Shown here: in pieces, positions 25,695 through 37,797 of the stretch
Layout: the number at the start of each line of letters is the position of its first letter
Numbering within the stretch: position 1 is the first letter of the stretch
Source of the DNA: Amoebophrya sp. A120
Taxonomy: Eukaryota > Protista > Dinoflagellata
DNA length: 64,000 bases
Reading direction: 5' to 3'
Assembly (NCBI GenBank): GCA_905178155.1
Contig: CAJINV010000001.1
Location: 9,879,865-9,943,864 of the forward strand
Position numbers and translations under genes: made by a program
Notes under the pieces: generated by a model
Told to the model about the DNA's origin: nothing
The model's database searches: none
The model's input: only the letters and a program-made list of their open reading frames with translations

Positions 25695-28600
25695 CTACAG
25701 CTTCATGCGCTTCGCGACCGCATCAACAGACTTTCCCCACGCCTCCGTGCCGTCCTCGAGCGGCAAATAGCCGAGACGGTGCTTCGCCTTGGACGCGTCC
25801 AGGTAGCGATGGATGCACAGCATGTTGACCGCGAAGGGTGTCAACTTCGCCGCCCGGATCGCCTTGCCGCGATTGAAGCCGCAAAAGAGGTAGACGAGCG
25901 CGAACTGCAATCGAGACCAAACGTGGGAGAGCAGCAGCATGAAGTTTTTTGGCACGTACAGCTTGCGGAACAGCGATTTAGAGTCGCTCCAATCCGGGAA
26001 CGCAACCTTCCGCGCGTCGTCCATCCGGTTCCAGAAACTGCTGACGATACCATCGGTGATCACGAAAAACTCGCCGCCGACACCTGCGGGGGTTTAGAAT
26101 TTTCTAGTAGAAATGGTGCGCCGCAAAGCCGTACAACCTTGTGTCGCAGCTGCATCTCATGCAATGCATTCATTGCGAGCTGAATCCGCGATGCGAAAGA
26201 GACATGCGAAAAATAGGCACTACACTAAATACCTTCCTGGTCGTTCAGCAGTGCCCGCGCAGCCAGCAAAGTGCCGTGTGCGATGTTGGTCGTGTGGGTG
26301 AAGCTCATTACCAGTGGCTCATTACCGAACTGGCGCAGCCGGTGCATGGAGCCCAGCATGTTCGGCAGGAACAATTTGTCCTGCTCACCATAGACTTGGT
26401 GTGGAGCCACAGCGCAGGTTTTCACGGATGAAGTGCCTGATATATTGTAGTTTTTGCAGCTCGCTGGTTTATTAGTTTATACCTCCTTTCTTGGGGTCTA
26501 CTTGACACGCGCATGCGTCGTCCGCAGCCATAAACCAAGAAAATTATGCAAGAAAAGCGTCGTTCTTACCGTGCGCCTTCAGAATGATTTTTTCCCCGAC
26601 GGCTTTTGTCCTTGCGTACTCATGCGTTGAGGTTTTCATTTCTCTCTGAATCATGTCCATGTCTTCTTCATCCAGTCCTTCCATGTCGAAGCCATCGAAT
26701 CTCGTACTAGGGGAACTCACGTCGACTAGCGCCTTCACATTGGCTTGCTCGCACGCTTGCAGCACGTGCCTTGCCCCGTCGATGTTGACCCGGGTGTACT
26801 GTTCGTGCTCAAAATACGGACCGACTAGAGCCGCCAGGTGCAACACGCACTCGACGTTGGCAAACGCGGCCGCGAGCTCCGCCACTGCTGTTTTCGCTGC
26901 CGCGATGTCGACTTTTTTGTACTCGACGGACTGTAAATCCTTCACCCACGCAGGCTCGTCCGCGAGGTCGACGAGGACGATCTTCTTGCAGCCTCTTTCC
27001 ACCAAAGTTTCGACTAACACTTTCCCGACTAGTCCCGCGCCGCCCGTGATTGCGCAGGATTTGGGCGGAGCCATTCGTCCCGCGCCCGCAAAGTTCTTCG
27101 CGTACAGGTCCTGCGACGCCGGCAGCTTCGCCTTGTCGGCTTCTTCCGGCGCGAATTTCTTCGAGCTCGCTTCCCGCAGCAGCCACGGTACGTACTTGCC
27201 GTACTTCCGCAATTCCTGTTTCTCCAGCCGGTTGTTGGCCTGCGCCAGCTTCTCCCGGACGCGAAACTTCTCATACGGCTCGTCGGTGCCCATCCAGCGG
27301 TCCCACCACTCGAAACTCGGCGCGTAGTTCGCGGTGAAGAACCGATGGTGGAAGTCGTGGTGCTCCACGCCAGTCCAGTAGGGCACGATGTACCGCCACG
27401 GGAAAACGGGCGCGGAATAGCCCATGTGCACATCGGTGGTTGTGCACACACGGACCCACATCCAGAGCAGGATGTACAGGTAGTGCAGAATGTTCACGTG
27501 GAGCGCGACGAAAAAACCCGTGCCGAGGACCTAGAAGTTCATGTGCAAAACATGGAAGCAATTCCAATTTTACTCCTTTTCGTCCGATAATGTCGAACCT
27601 CTATATAGTTCATCGTGACGAATTCGAGTATATCAGGGGTAAGCATAACAAATTGCGCGAAAGTACAACAAATAGCCATCATGCAGGCTCTTGTAGAAAA
27701 TCATACCATCGTCTCAATCGGATGGGCAAACTCCGCCTCCAGTCCGAATGGGTTCGGGTAGGAATGGTGCCACTTGTGCACGGTTTTGTACCAATACATG
27801 CGAGTGTGAAAGAAGTAGTGCCCCCAGTAGTGAAAAACGTCTTCGATCATCATACAGAGCAGTAACCTCGGGAACGCCTGCTCCAGCGTAAACACCGTGT
27901 CCCACGTGACGCCAAGCTGAAAAAACTCCACGTAAAAATGCAGTCCCATGGCAAGCGGCGTCTGGATCAAAACAGCGTTTGCAACGAGGGCAACACCAAC
28001 GTAAATCCAGTCTTTGAGGCTCGCCGGGTCCTTGTTTTCCTGTGGATTACGATTATACGAACAGTCAGAATGTATAAATCTCGAATGGGGTCCGCACCCG
28101 TCGGCTGCTGCTGCTGCAAATCATTATATATCTCCATCACTACGTAATTCCTTTAATCACATACCTGAATTTTCGTTGCCCGCAAGGTCGGGATGAGCGG
28201 ACACATCAGGCACGGGAGACTGAGGAGCCAAATGCAGCCGTAGTGCACGCAACTGGAGCCGTGCACATAGAAGTTGAACGGGGAGAACTGTGCTCGGACC
28301 CATTCGTACACATCCCCGGCCGCGGCGGAACCGTAGGCGCGCCACACGAGCGGTTCCTTGGACACAACCAACGCCAGGATGGCGACCGCGAACGCCGCTT
28401 TCGTCGCGGTGGACACGGGTTGGTTCCTTCTGCGGATCGCAATCTTCTCCGACGCGGACAGTGCGGCGGACTCCTTCGATTCGTACTGCTCTTCCACCGG
28501 ATCACCGCTGGCGTTTCCATACTTGATTTGGTTCCACACACTCAGCACGATGTTGTACGCCAGGTACAGTGGCGTCCAAAGCACGACAAAAATGAAAATG

Positions 28601-28743
28601 ACCGTAATCGCCGATCGGTAGTAGTCGAAAAGGGTGCCGTCGTTGACAAAAATGGGTTTACTCGTGAACTGCGGGCCCCAAGTCGCCGCCGAACCGACGG
28701 CACCGGCCGTAGCTTGCATTTCCTCGGCAAAAAAGGTTGACAT
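25695..28743 (-). CDS. Fused sterol C4-methyl oxidase (ERG25/SMO-like) and 3beta-hydroxysteroid dehydrogenase/C4-decarboxylase (ERG26/NSDHL-like), 5 exons
   Basis: His boxes HYWGH, HKWHH and HHDFHH; the same exon continues into TGGAGLVG and YARTK SDR motifs; APHQVYGEQD. Confidence 0.85.
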
Positions 28744-29701
28744 TATTCAGGATGTTGTCGCTTGTTCATTGACCATGCCTTTATTTCCAAAATAATAAAC
28801 GTTTTAGTTTTACTCAGTAAACGGCCGAACTAGTAACCCGTTCCCCGCTAAAAAAAACCCAGAAATTTAAATTTCGTGAAATTCAGTGGTGGTGAACTTG
28901 GATGGGTGCTCGTGGGCCACTAGACAATAAATGGGGCTGCCGGAAGCAGCTACTTGCGCTCAAAATTCACTCAAAACAGATTTTACTTGTACCGTCTTTT
29001 TCCAGAGCATTGATTCAGAACCGTGCTCAGTGTCGGTATACAAGTGCTTTGCTACTTACACTGATCATACAGATTCGCTGGAGTCAATCAATGAAGAAGT
29101 ACCAAATCAGCGATCACGTTGCCCTTCGGCACCAGATACATGCGTTTTCTGGTGATGTCTTCACGAAGAGGACCGCACTTTCAAATTTACTTCCCCCACA
29201 GCGACAGATTTTCCCCCAAAGTTAGCTACTTGCTCAGTCGTACAAGTATGTGTATTTGAGATCTCGATTCATCATTCTCAGGAGCAGTCCCCCACCGATT
29301 TGTTCATCTTCTCTGTAGCCACAGAATGTAAATTGATTTCTCCCAAAAACCTGCGATTTTTACTTGATCAGGACCACAATTTTGAACAGCACAACCTGTG
29401 CTCGTGCTACCGACTGCAAAAACGAAATCAACATGTAACAAATGACGCCGTGGCGATCGCTTCCAGATCACAAGTCCTCATTTGGATTTGGATATGGATA
29501 TGTTGGTTTCTACTTGGTAATAGTAAGTACCGTGGTCGCTGAGTTGAGAAAAGTGCGACACTCACACACTGCCGCGAGGAAATATGCGCCATTTATGCGG
29601 ATCAAAATTTCTTCGAAATCCGAGATAACCCTGATCAGCATGGCACAGTTTTCGACCCCCAATCGATCCCACCAGTGTAGAAACTACTTTTCGCTTCTAC
29701 G

Positions 29702-32116
29702 TCATTTCAAGGGCGCGAACATGTCGTCCATATCGTCGTCTTGCTGCGCTGCCTGTTGCCCAAGTTTGTCCAGGAACATCTCCAACATTCGCGTTTGCCA
29801 GATCGGCACAATGCACATACAGCTGAGCGTTTCCGGTTATCCTGAGTAAAAACGTCTCAACACCAGAGTCGTAATGCAAATTTGCATGCCAAAAAAGTTT
29901 CTCATGCGAAGCCCCATGAGAAGCTTTTTCCAGTCGTGTTTTGGGATTTGTGATGCTAGAAATAGCATGACGCTCTAGATCTGTGATGCTGCTGAACTAG
30001 CTAAACAGGATTACACTACGAGGACAAACTTGTCATGCGAGACAACCAAAGGTGGCCGATTTGTCTAGCAGATTTTCCACGTTGACTCTGGTATGGGGAC
30101 GTTTTTACTCAGGATACCGGTGCGCCTTTCTTCAACGCTTCCCGCAGTACCCCCTTCGCGCAGGAGTCAGACAGACCCTGCAAACAGAAAATGCATTCGA
30201 TAAGTAACTATCAGCAATGCAGAAAGATGAAGAGGACCATCAGAGGCACTTCTGCTGGTATCATGTTTGTGCCGCATCAAAGCTTAGAAATCTGAATATC
30301 AAAATGCATGCACAGGCATTAACTAAATCATGATCGTTTACCTCTCCGTGGGACCGTCCGCGCTTCATTGCCTGCAGCGCCTCGTCGATAATTTGCTGGT
30401 CATCGGAGAACCACTTGTACAGCTCCGGACTCATGAGCAGCACAAAGTAGTCGAAGGTCGGGCGGTTGGGGGGAAAGGACCGCGAGGTGTTGCGCGCCAC
30501 CATGTCCACCGACTTCAGGGCCCAGGTGCGGCAGTGCTTCGTCTCCGGTGCGTGCTCCAACCGCAGCCCCGGGTCCGCCTTCTTAAACGCACGCGCGCCA
30601 AACACCCTGTGCGAGGGCAGCCTGTGATGTTAAAACATGATTTAGGTCGAAATTCTAAGCGGTCCTCGCGAGGTCGTGAAGTAGTTGATGTCAACATAGG
30701 TTGTGGCTGTTGTAACACGGCGAGCGAAGCGTCGCCCCTCCAATCCAGGGCCTGTCCTGGATGGATGGACAGGCTTGCGCTCTTCACGAGTATACTTGCA
30801 TTCGGTGCTTGCTTGGCCCCCGTCGGGATGGAATCCCGTTTTGATGTACTGCAAGTTCCTCCCTTCCTTCCCGGCTTCTAGTTCGAACTTGCTGCCGCGC
30901 ATGGTCAGCGGGGTGGCGAGGTGGGGCTCGTTCAAACGCAAGGCTCTGCCCAGCCCGTCGCACGCGAGCACGACGCAACTCCCAATGTGCGAGGTGTGCA
31001 GGTTCACGAAGGGACGTCCCTCCAGCGTCACGTGCTGGAACAGCAGATGGGCGTACTCCGCGCCGTCGCCGTTTCGCTTCGCTACAGACCGTGGGAGGTA
31101 CTCCTTCTCGCAGCTCTCGGCCGCTTCGCCAAAAAGCTCCGGAACTTCAAACTCATCCGGGTCCCGGATGTCGATCTGTGTTGTGGGAGATATAAAAATA
31201 GTAGCTCAAGATAGCGTTTTCCTACCATTTCATAGCGGCGAAAATTGGGGTAAAATGACGAGGAGAAATAAACAAGCTGCAACTATTCACGGCAACGACC
31301 CAACAGACGTGGCAAGCAACAACTTGATACCGATGGCGCAAACCGGTCTTTGAGAAACTTCACCGCGTCGCCACCAAACCGGGCTTTGTAAAGTCCGAAC
31401 AGGGACCCCAAGTACTGGATGTTTACGTTTTCGATCGAGTCGTCATGGTACTGCACGTTGGACGGCATGCGGTCGTAATAGGTCTCCAACTTCATGGTCG
31501 GATACTTCTGAAAAACATTCTGCCAGTTCTGCATCGCAAACGACATCTGCTTGCGCTCGACTGTTTTTGATTTCGAACTGTGGTTCTTGGAATTGCCAAT
31601 AAATTTTCATCCGCAAAATTCACATCCCTTTGTTTTGATACTACCTTTAAATACGCTCAACGTACTAATTCACATCAAGTTAGAAAAACAAGTACCTTTT
31701 CCCTCGTCGTTATCAATCAGACTTTTCCCGTCCTTATGCCTCACGTCCAAACAGCACGGTAAGTTGTCGCGCTCCTTGTCTTGTCCCCGCAAAAACGAAA
31801 CCTCCGCCCCTTCTTTCAGGTACCGGAAACCGCCTGTCGTTTTGATGTGCGAGTGGTAGACGAAAACTTTCGCCGGCGCACCCTCGGGGGGATTGTCGGA
31901 AATAATGAATCCAAATCCCTTCTGTTTGTCGTAGGACTCGACTTTGCCGGTTTCGCGCTGCGTGGGCTGTCGACTCGATGCAGTGGAGGAACTGGACGCC
32001 GTCGTGGTTCCAGTCCGAACGCCACTAATGATACTCCCGGTCGCTTGCTTCTTTTCCGGGGGCCCGCCGGACAGGGCGGACAACAACATACGTTTTCTCG
32101 CTGCGGCAGACGACAT
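29702..32116 (-). CDS. Cold-shock domain plus degenerate PP2C-like domain protein, 6 exons
   Basis: CSD RNP motifs KGFGFI and VFVYHSHI; PP2C-like segments FGLYKARFGG, HIGSCVVL, SHRVFGARAFK, VLLMSPELY, GAPETLSCMCI; GT-AG introns, one probable GC-AG intron and one TIR-bounded intron. Confidence 0.75.
29838..30116. mobile_element. Introner/MITE-like element (279 bp), 33-bp TIR, 5-bp TSD CCGGT
   Basis: Left TATCCTGAGTAAAAACGTCTCAACACCAGAGTC; right end reverse complement TATCCTGAGTAAAAACGTCCCCATACCAGAGTC; CCGGT at 29833-37 and 30117-21. Confidence 0.92.
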
Positions 32117-32806
32117 GGTGAGACTCAGACTTCTTTGAGATTGGGAGAGGAGTAGATTATGTCTGGTGCTAGAAGTTCAAGAAATTTCCTTGTTCTTATT
32201 GCTGCTTGCTATTCTTCTAACTCTACTGAACATGCCCTGCTCTAATCTACGAATTATAAATTCGTGCTGTCGCTGAAAAAGGATGCTGAAAAAGTTCCTA
32301 AGCCTGCACGTAGCCTGCAGAAAAGCATTTGATTTTGTCATCATGGTGAAGTATTGGATGGCAAAAAACTAAAACTTCATCTAACGACATTATCTGCATC
32401 AGATAGTTGCGAATAAAGTCCGCAACAAAGTATCACGATGATCCAACTTTCGCTTTGCCTTCACGCAGCTTTTCTTAGTTTTGAAAGAGCAGTTGTAATG
32501 CAGTCGAGCGGATTTCGTGGGTGTCAAAAAGATCCAATCGTTTTGTCTTTTTTCAGTGGGTTCTTGCCACACGAGAAACCAAACAAAAAAGGGCTCGGCG
32601 CAATTTTTCCTAGTAGTGCGGAACAAGTTTTTCATTTTCGGGAATTGGAAGAAAAAGTTTCATCCCGGCTATGAAAATCAATACGCCATCCAGATGTCGA
32701 TTGAGTTCAGCGTCTTATCTTCGATTTTCAGCGGCCAGATTCAATACGCCACTGTGGCTGAATCTGCCAGTTCATTTATGTGGTGGACAACTTCGAGTAT
32801 TAAGCA

Positions 32807-33625
32807 CTAAAGTGGCACATTTCTGAAGAGGATGTCGACATTCAGAAAGAGTGTTCCAGAGGTTTCTGTTATCAGCGAGCTCCTTTCTGGGTTTGTCGAA
32901 GTACTTCTTCGATCGAGCACCTCTATCGGTTCCACCAGCTGTGGCCTACCCCCGACGTAGTAGCCGTAAACGTCCTCTTGTGACCGTTGCGAAAGAGGCG
33001 ACCAAGTCCGACATGCTAGCTGGTACGTGCCCGGGTTGCAGGGGAGATTCAACGACCCGACGGATAGTGGGTCCATCCTGCCAAAAACATCCAGCCTGGT
33101 AGTTCGTGTTGATGCAATGCTGCTTCCGAATGAAAAAAGTTGGTAAAAGACTCGATAAAGTTCGCACGAGGACAAACGACAAAAATTTTCAAAAATGACC
33201 TAATGCCACATGGAAGACAAGAATACTTGTAGACTTGGAAGTTTAGTCTCGGCCACTCTGCTATGCTAGCGGTTGCGAAATGGAGATCCACTGGATGGTT
33301 GAAGACAACTTCGTTTTCTTCGTCTGGATACGCGGTTTGCGTCTGCTGAGCGGACTTTGTTATGTCCCACCTGTTTATGGAATGCATAAGAGGTTTAAGT
33401 TTCAGTGAGCCGATACCACGTATTGGATACAGATGCGTTCCTCGGGTGCCGTCAGCATTGGTATGCGAAAACGCATGGAGGAGCAAGTTTCTCAAAATAC
33501 CATTGATCCCCCACAGACACGTTGTACTCCACGAAGATGCCTTCGCCTTGATGCGTGTCAAATTGCGTTCCATGCTCCAGTTCCCCGATCACGTGGACTT
33601 CGGGAAGAGTTTGCGTGTCCGACAT
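32807..33625 (-). CDS. B9D2: B9 domain-containing protein 2 (ciliary transition zone), 3 exons
   Basis: PEVHVIGEL, TQTAYP..VVFNHPVDLHFAT..WPRLNFQV, DVFGR, LPCNPGTYQLACRTWSP. Confidence 0.88.
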
Positions 33626-34044
33626 CTTGTTTTGAACGAGGTCGAAAAAGGTAGTAGTACAGTTCAATCCTCAACGGAAGAGAGCCTCCAAGCTGTCAGG
33701 GTGTTTCAGCCACACATTCAAAAATCAGCGAGCCTCTTGGTGCTCTCCCTCATCTTACACTCTGTTCCTCCGGTAGCCACAAAGGAAAGCCAGGCGGTTG
33801 AACACGAACAAATCTGAAAGCACAGCCGTAGAGCGGCCTCTGATCCCGTCGTATGTTTCATTCTTTGCCGCTTCTGAAGAAAAGTCTTCTGTGCAGTATC
33901 AAACAATTGGCGAAATTCCGCTCCATGTAAATACCGCACTCCTCTTTGCTACAACACAAGGAGGCGAACAGAAGTACATTTCTGTTGTGACGTGGTACGA
34001 CTACATTTCTTTTCTTGCGAGGCGTCTATCATCGAGTGCGACTG

Positions 34045-35040
34045 TCAGTTATTGCGTCGCGCCGGAACGCCACACAGATCCAATATGTTCAAGAAACGAT
34101 CATGAAGACGAAGATGCGGCATGGAATCATTGTCGGTGAACGGCTCTTCAACATAAAATGAGCCGCACACTAAGTGCACTTCGTGATCCGATCTGTTGCG
34201 TTCGCATTCGACGTAGAAGCGCTCTACGGTAGCCAGAACCTCGGCGCGATCGTTTTGGTCCCCGCAGTCAAGTTTTTGAAGCGCTGCGGGGCTCAGGGCA
34301 GGAAACGTTCCTTTGAGAGAGCCTTCCAGGTGCACCTGCATCCTGATGTTGCGTTCAGATGGCTTTCGCCCAGGTGCACCATTAAAGCGGATGTTGCCAC
34401 TCCACCTGTGAAACATCTCCAACCTGCATGAGTCTCGAGTCTGGTCGAGCAACTCACATCTGGCTGTGTACAGTTCCGTCTGTCCTAGAAAAACGGAAAG
34501 CGAACGCAGGGCAGCAACAGGAACGGGCTTGTCTGCAACATAGAGCTGAGAATTTACGGCCCCCTGGGGAAAACCGTGGTAAGCGATTGCGCGCCAGCCT
34601 TCTCCCGCGTTCAGTGTTTCGAACCTCACATTCCGCGGAAGGTCGGAAAACCTCACCAAAACTTTCTCTCCGGTGTTGGGATCGGTATACGACACGGACA
34701 GCGCGAATTCGCTCGCAGCCAAAATCTGCTCGGTATGCGACGGAATGCGTGGAGCCCCGGGCTCAGCGCGTAGAAAGCTGAAAATCTTCCGCGCCATTTC
34801 CTCAGGAACAGTCTGCAATTTTGCCTCCCCAGTTTCGCGCTGCTTCTTCTCGAAACAGGTGATCGCCGCGTTGACGCAGCGCATGTTGAGTTTCCGCCAG
34901 GCCCGCTCTTTTGTCCGGAGCACTTCCTGCATCTCCATCTCTTTGAACATATCTTCGAGTGTTGCTGCTGGTGCTGCTGCTGGGGGCGCGGCTGCTGGAG
35001 CAGGTTGCGGCACAGGATTTTCTGCATCGGCACCGTTCAT
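34045..35040 (-). CDS. Hypothetical protein (331 aa), possible F-box-like motif
   Basis: Intact ORF; TVPEEMARKIFSFL resembles the F-box core. Confidence 0.55.
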   Translation of the reverse strand: MNGADAENPVPQPAPAAAPPAAAPAATLEDMFKEMEMQEVLRTKERAWRKLNMRCVNAAITCFEKKQRETGEAKLQTVPEEMARKIFSFLRAEPGAPRIPSHTEQILAASEFALSVSYTDPNTGEKVLVRFSDLPRNVRFETLNAGEGWRAIAYHGFPQGAVNSQLYVADKPVPVAALRSLSVFLGQTELYTARCELLDQTRDSCRLEMFHRWSGNIRFNGAPGRKPSERNIRMQVHLEGSLKGTFPALSPAALQKLDCGDQNDRAEVLATVERFYVECERNRSDHEVHLVCGSFYVEEPFTDNDSMPHLRLHDRFLNILDLCGVPARRNN

Positions 35041-35786
35041 CTTTCTCGTATTTCAGATGGTGTTTTGAATGGCAGGGAAAACAAATGTTGAACTCCTCAC
35101 TAGAGAGATGTATATCAGCAGATGCTGGGGAAACTTTACTTCTTTTGGAAGTGACAGTGATTCTTTGAGCGGGGATGGAGAAAGAAATCAACGCTAGCTT
35201 TAGAAACATCTGCCATTTGCGAATTAAATTTTTCAAGTTTGATTTGCTTTCAGTGCAGTTTGTTAGTGGTTGTCACCCATATCTCGCTCCTGCGCTCTGA
35301 TTTGAGTTCACTTCAGCGAAACAAAGTTCAACGAAAAACGAAGTAAATCGAGGCCGCAACCAACCACAAAAAAAAAACTGCACATCGTATTGTGCCTGTC
35401 GCCTATCTTTTGTCGCGACCTTTTATCAGCAGAGAGCAAGAAAAAAACGACAGAATCTAGATACATCTGCCTCATGCGAAGCTGTGTACGCTGCCAAGGG
35501 AACAAAGGTCGTACACACAGATTATCCAGAATGGAGTTGCATACTATGTTTGAACGTCACTGCAGATAATCTTTTTGTCGCGTCAGAGCCAGTCAAACTC
35601 AAATTTTATCGTCCAATAATTCGCTGGGGTCTTTATCAGAAGGTGACACTGGGAAGCACGAGGCATGAGGCATTTGAAGGTGGAGGTAGAACTACAAGAC
35701 ATACTGGGTACTATGCCCTCGTCAATCCGAGTATACCTTTCCTTTCCAAAAATGATTCGTTCACTTGTTCCCAAAAAACCTTTTCT

Positions 35787-37797
35787 TCAACGAATCTCAT
35801 CGTAGTCCCTATCCCTATCCCGCTCCCGGTCCCTTCTCCTGGGTTTATTCTGCGCCAACTCCGCCCGCGCGCGCTCCACCATCCGCTCTTCCGCTTCCAG
35901 CCGCTTTTGTTTGTCCCGCTGCGCTTGTTGCTTGACTTCGCGCGCCACTTTGGTGATGTCCTCGGACGCACCGACTGTTTCCGTCAGAATGTATTGGCCT
36001 GCCTCGAAGCGCCTCCGGGGGTAGAACGACGCGCAGACGATGCGAGTATCGAACTTGCGCCCGTTGATCTCCGCTTGAAACTTCCGCGCACAGATCAAAT
36101 CCTTAAAGTGCACAAAGATCTTCCCCACACCTTCGATCAGAGCGCCGATTTTACTGGGCAGCGGGATCTTCACCTCCTCGATCTCGCCGAATTTTTCCGC
36201 TTCCTCCAAGACCGTGATTCGGATGTCCTCGGCCTCCTGCGGGTCCATCAGATCCGGCTCGTAGACGGCGTTCAGCAATTGCACCACCTCGGAGGGCCGA
36301 CGCCCACAGTCCAAACCATCGCGCACCTGCACGGCGATAACGGGGTTGCTAAGGATCTTCTCGGACACCATTTTCTGCTTCGGAATTTCCACCTTTTTCA
36401 CCTCCTTCACCACCTTGGTGGCGGTTAAGGCGACATCGCCGGCTTTTTTCGCTGCCTCGTGAAGACGCGTCACTTTCAACACGCGGTCGCCGACGACGAA
36501 ACTGTAAAAAGTGTTTTTGAGATGATTTCTTTTTATTGCGCATTCATTCCCGATGTTGAGCATGGTTGCCGCAATCGCAAACCCACACACGCATAGTACT
36601 GTATTCATGAAAAGAGAGCCTGAACCATCCTCAAGAACGACGCACCTCCACAAAGCAAGTAAAAAAAGCTTACCCGTTCAAACAGATTCGTGCGAGTTCC
36701 GCGTGCTGGTCGTTGTCGTACTCGAAAAAGCCGTAGCCTCGCTGTTTTCCCTTCTTGTCGGTGATCAGGTTCAACATTTTCAACCCGCCAAACTGGGACA
36801 GCAGCTCCCGACAAGCCCGCTCGTCCATCACCGTCGGAATCTGCGAGATTGCCAATTTTCCACTCGTCCGCGCAATCAGGTCCATCATCTGCGCTTCGGT
36901 TTTCTCCTCCTGCTTGTCCCCCATGCCGAGAATGTCGGCCAACGTGATCAGGCTCACATCGTACTGCGGCGGCTCGTGGTCCTTGTACATTTCAAAAAAC
37001 CCGTCGGGCCGCGTCATCTTTAGCTCCACCCGTTTGTACTCGATCCCCTCCAGCTGCATCCCAACTAAGGTGCCTTTGTAACTGCGGAACAGGATCTTTT
37101 TCCCGCCATTCTTGATATCTCCGATCGCGAACACCGGCTTCATTTTCGCGGTCGCCATCTCGGTGGGGTTGCCTGGTGGATTTGAAATTAAGTGGACTTG
37201 TATTTGTTTCCGTCGTCCGTTCGGAGTGAATTTCTATTCCTCGTCACTGTCGTCAACCGTGTGTGCTGATGCTGCCAGCAGCAACCAAGGCCAATTTATG
37301 CAGAAAAAAATGACTCAGCAACATTCAGCTACAAAGCTCTTACCTGTCATGGCCAACACAGCTCCGTTAAAGAAGTCCATCAAGTCTTGGTTGGTCACAT
37401 CGCGCGGAACTTTTTCGATCAAGAGCGTCCGCTGCAGCAACTCATTTTCGGTGAGCTGGGGTATGTCGGAGTTCGCGGCAGCGTCTCTGCCCTGGAACAA
37501 CTCCTTCCCAACGTGATCCCACAGCGTTTTTTCCGGATCCTTCTCTTTCTCCGCCTTCCGCCGCTCCCGCTCGCGTTCACGATCCCGCTTTCGACTCCGG
37601 CTGCGCTTTTCGCGGTCTCGCTCCCGGTCGCGCCTTTCGCGGTCGCGCTCTCGCTCACCCTCGCGTTCGCGATCACCACCACGCTCGCGATCACCACCAC
37701 GCTCGCGCTCGCCACCTCGGTCGCGGTCGCCGCCCCGGTCGCGGTCGCCACCACGGTCGCGGTCCCGCTTGCGTGATCTTGATCGACTCCGTGCCAT
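35787..37797 (-). CDS. U2AF65: Splicing factor U2AF large subunit, 3 exons
   Basis: N-terminal RS/RD domain; RRM1 LMDFFNGAV; RRM2 RGYGFFEY; UHM SEVVQLLNAV...EEAEKFGEIEEVKIP..GVGKIFVHF..GRKFDTRIV. Confidence 0.9.

Noticed and set aside
31176-31330. Possible additional TATC-type introner (donor GTATCAAG)
   Set aside because: No convincing TIR or TSD; a normal in-frame GT-AG intron explains it
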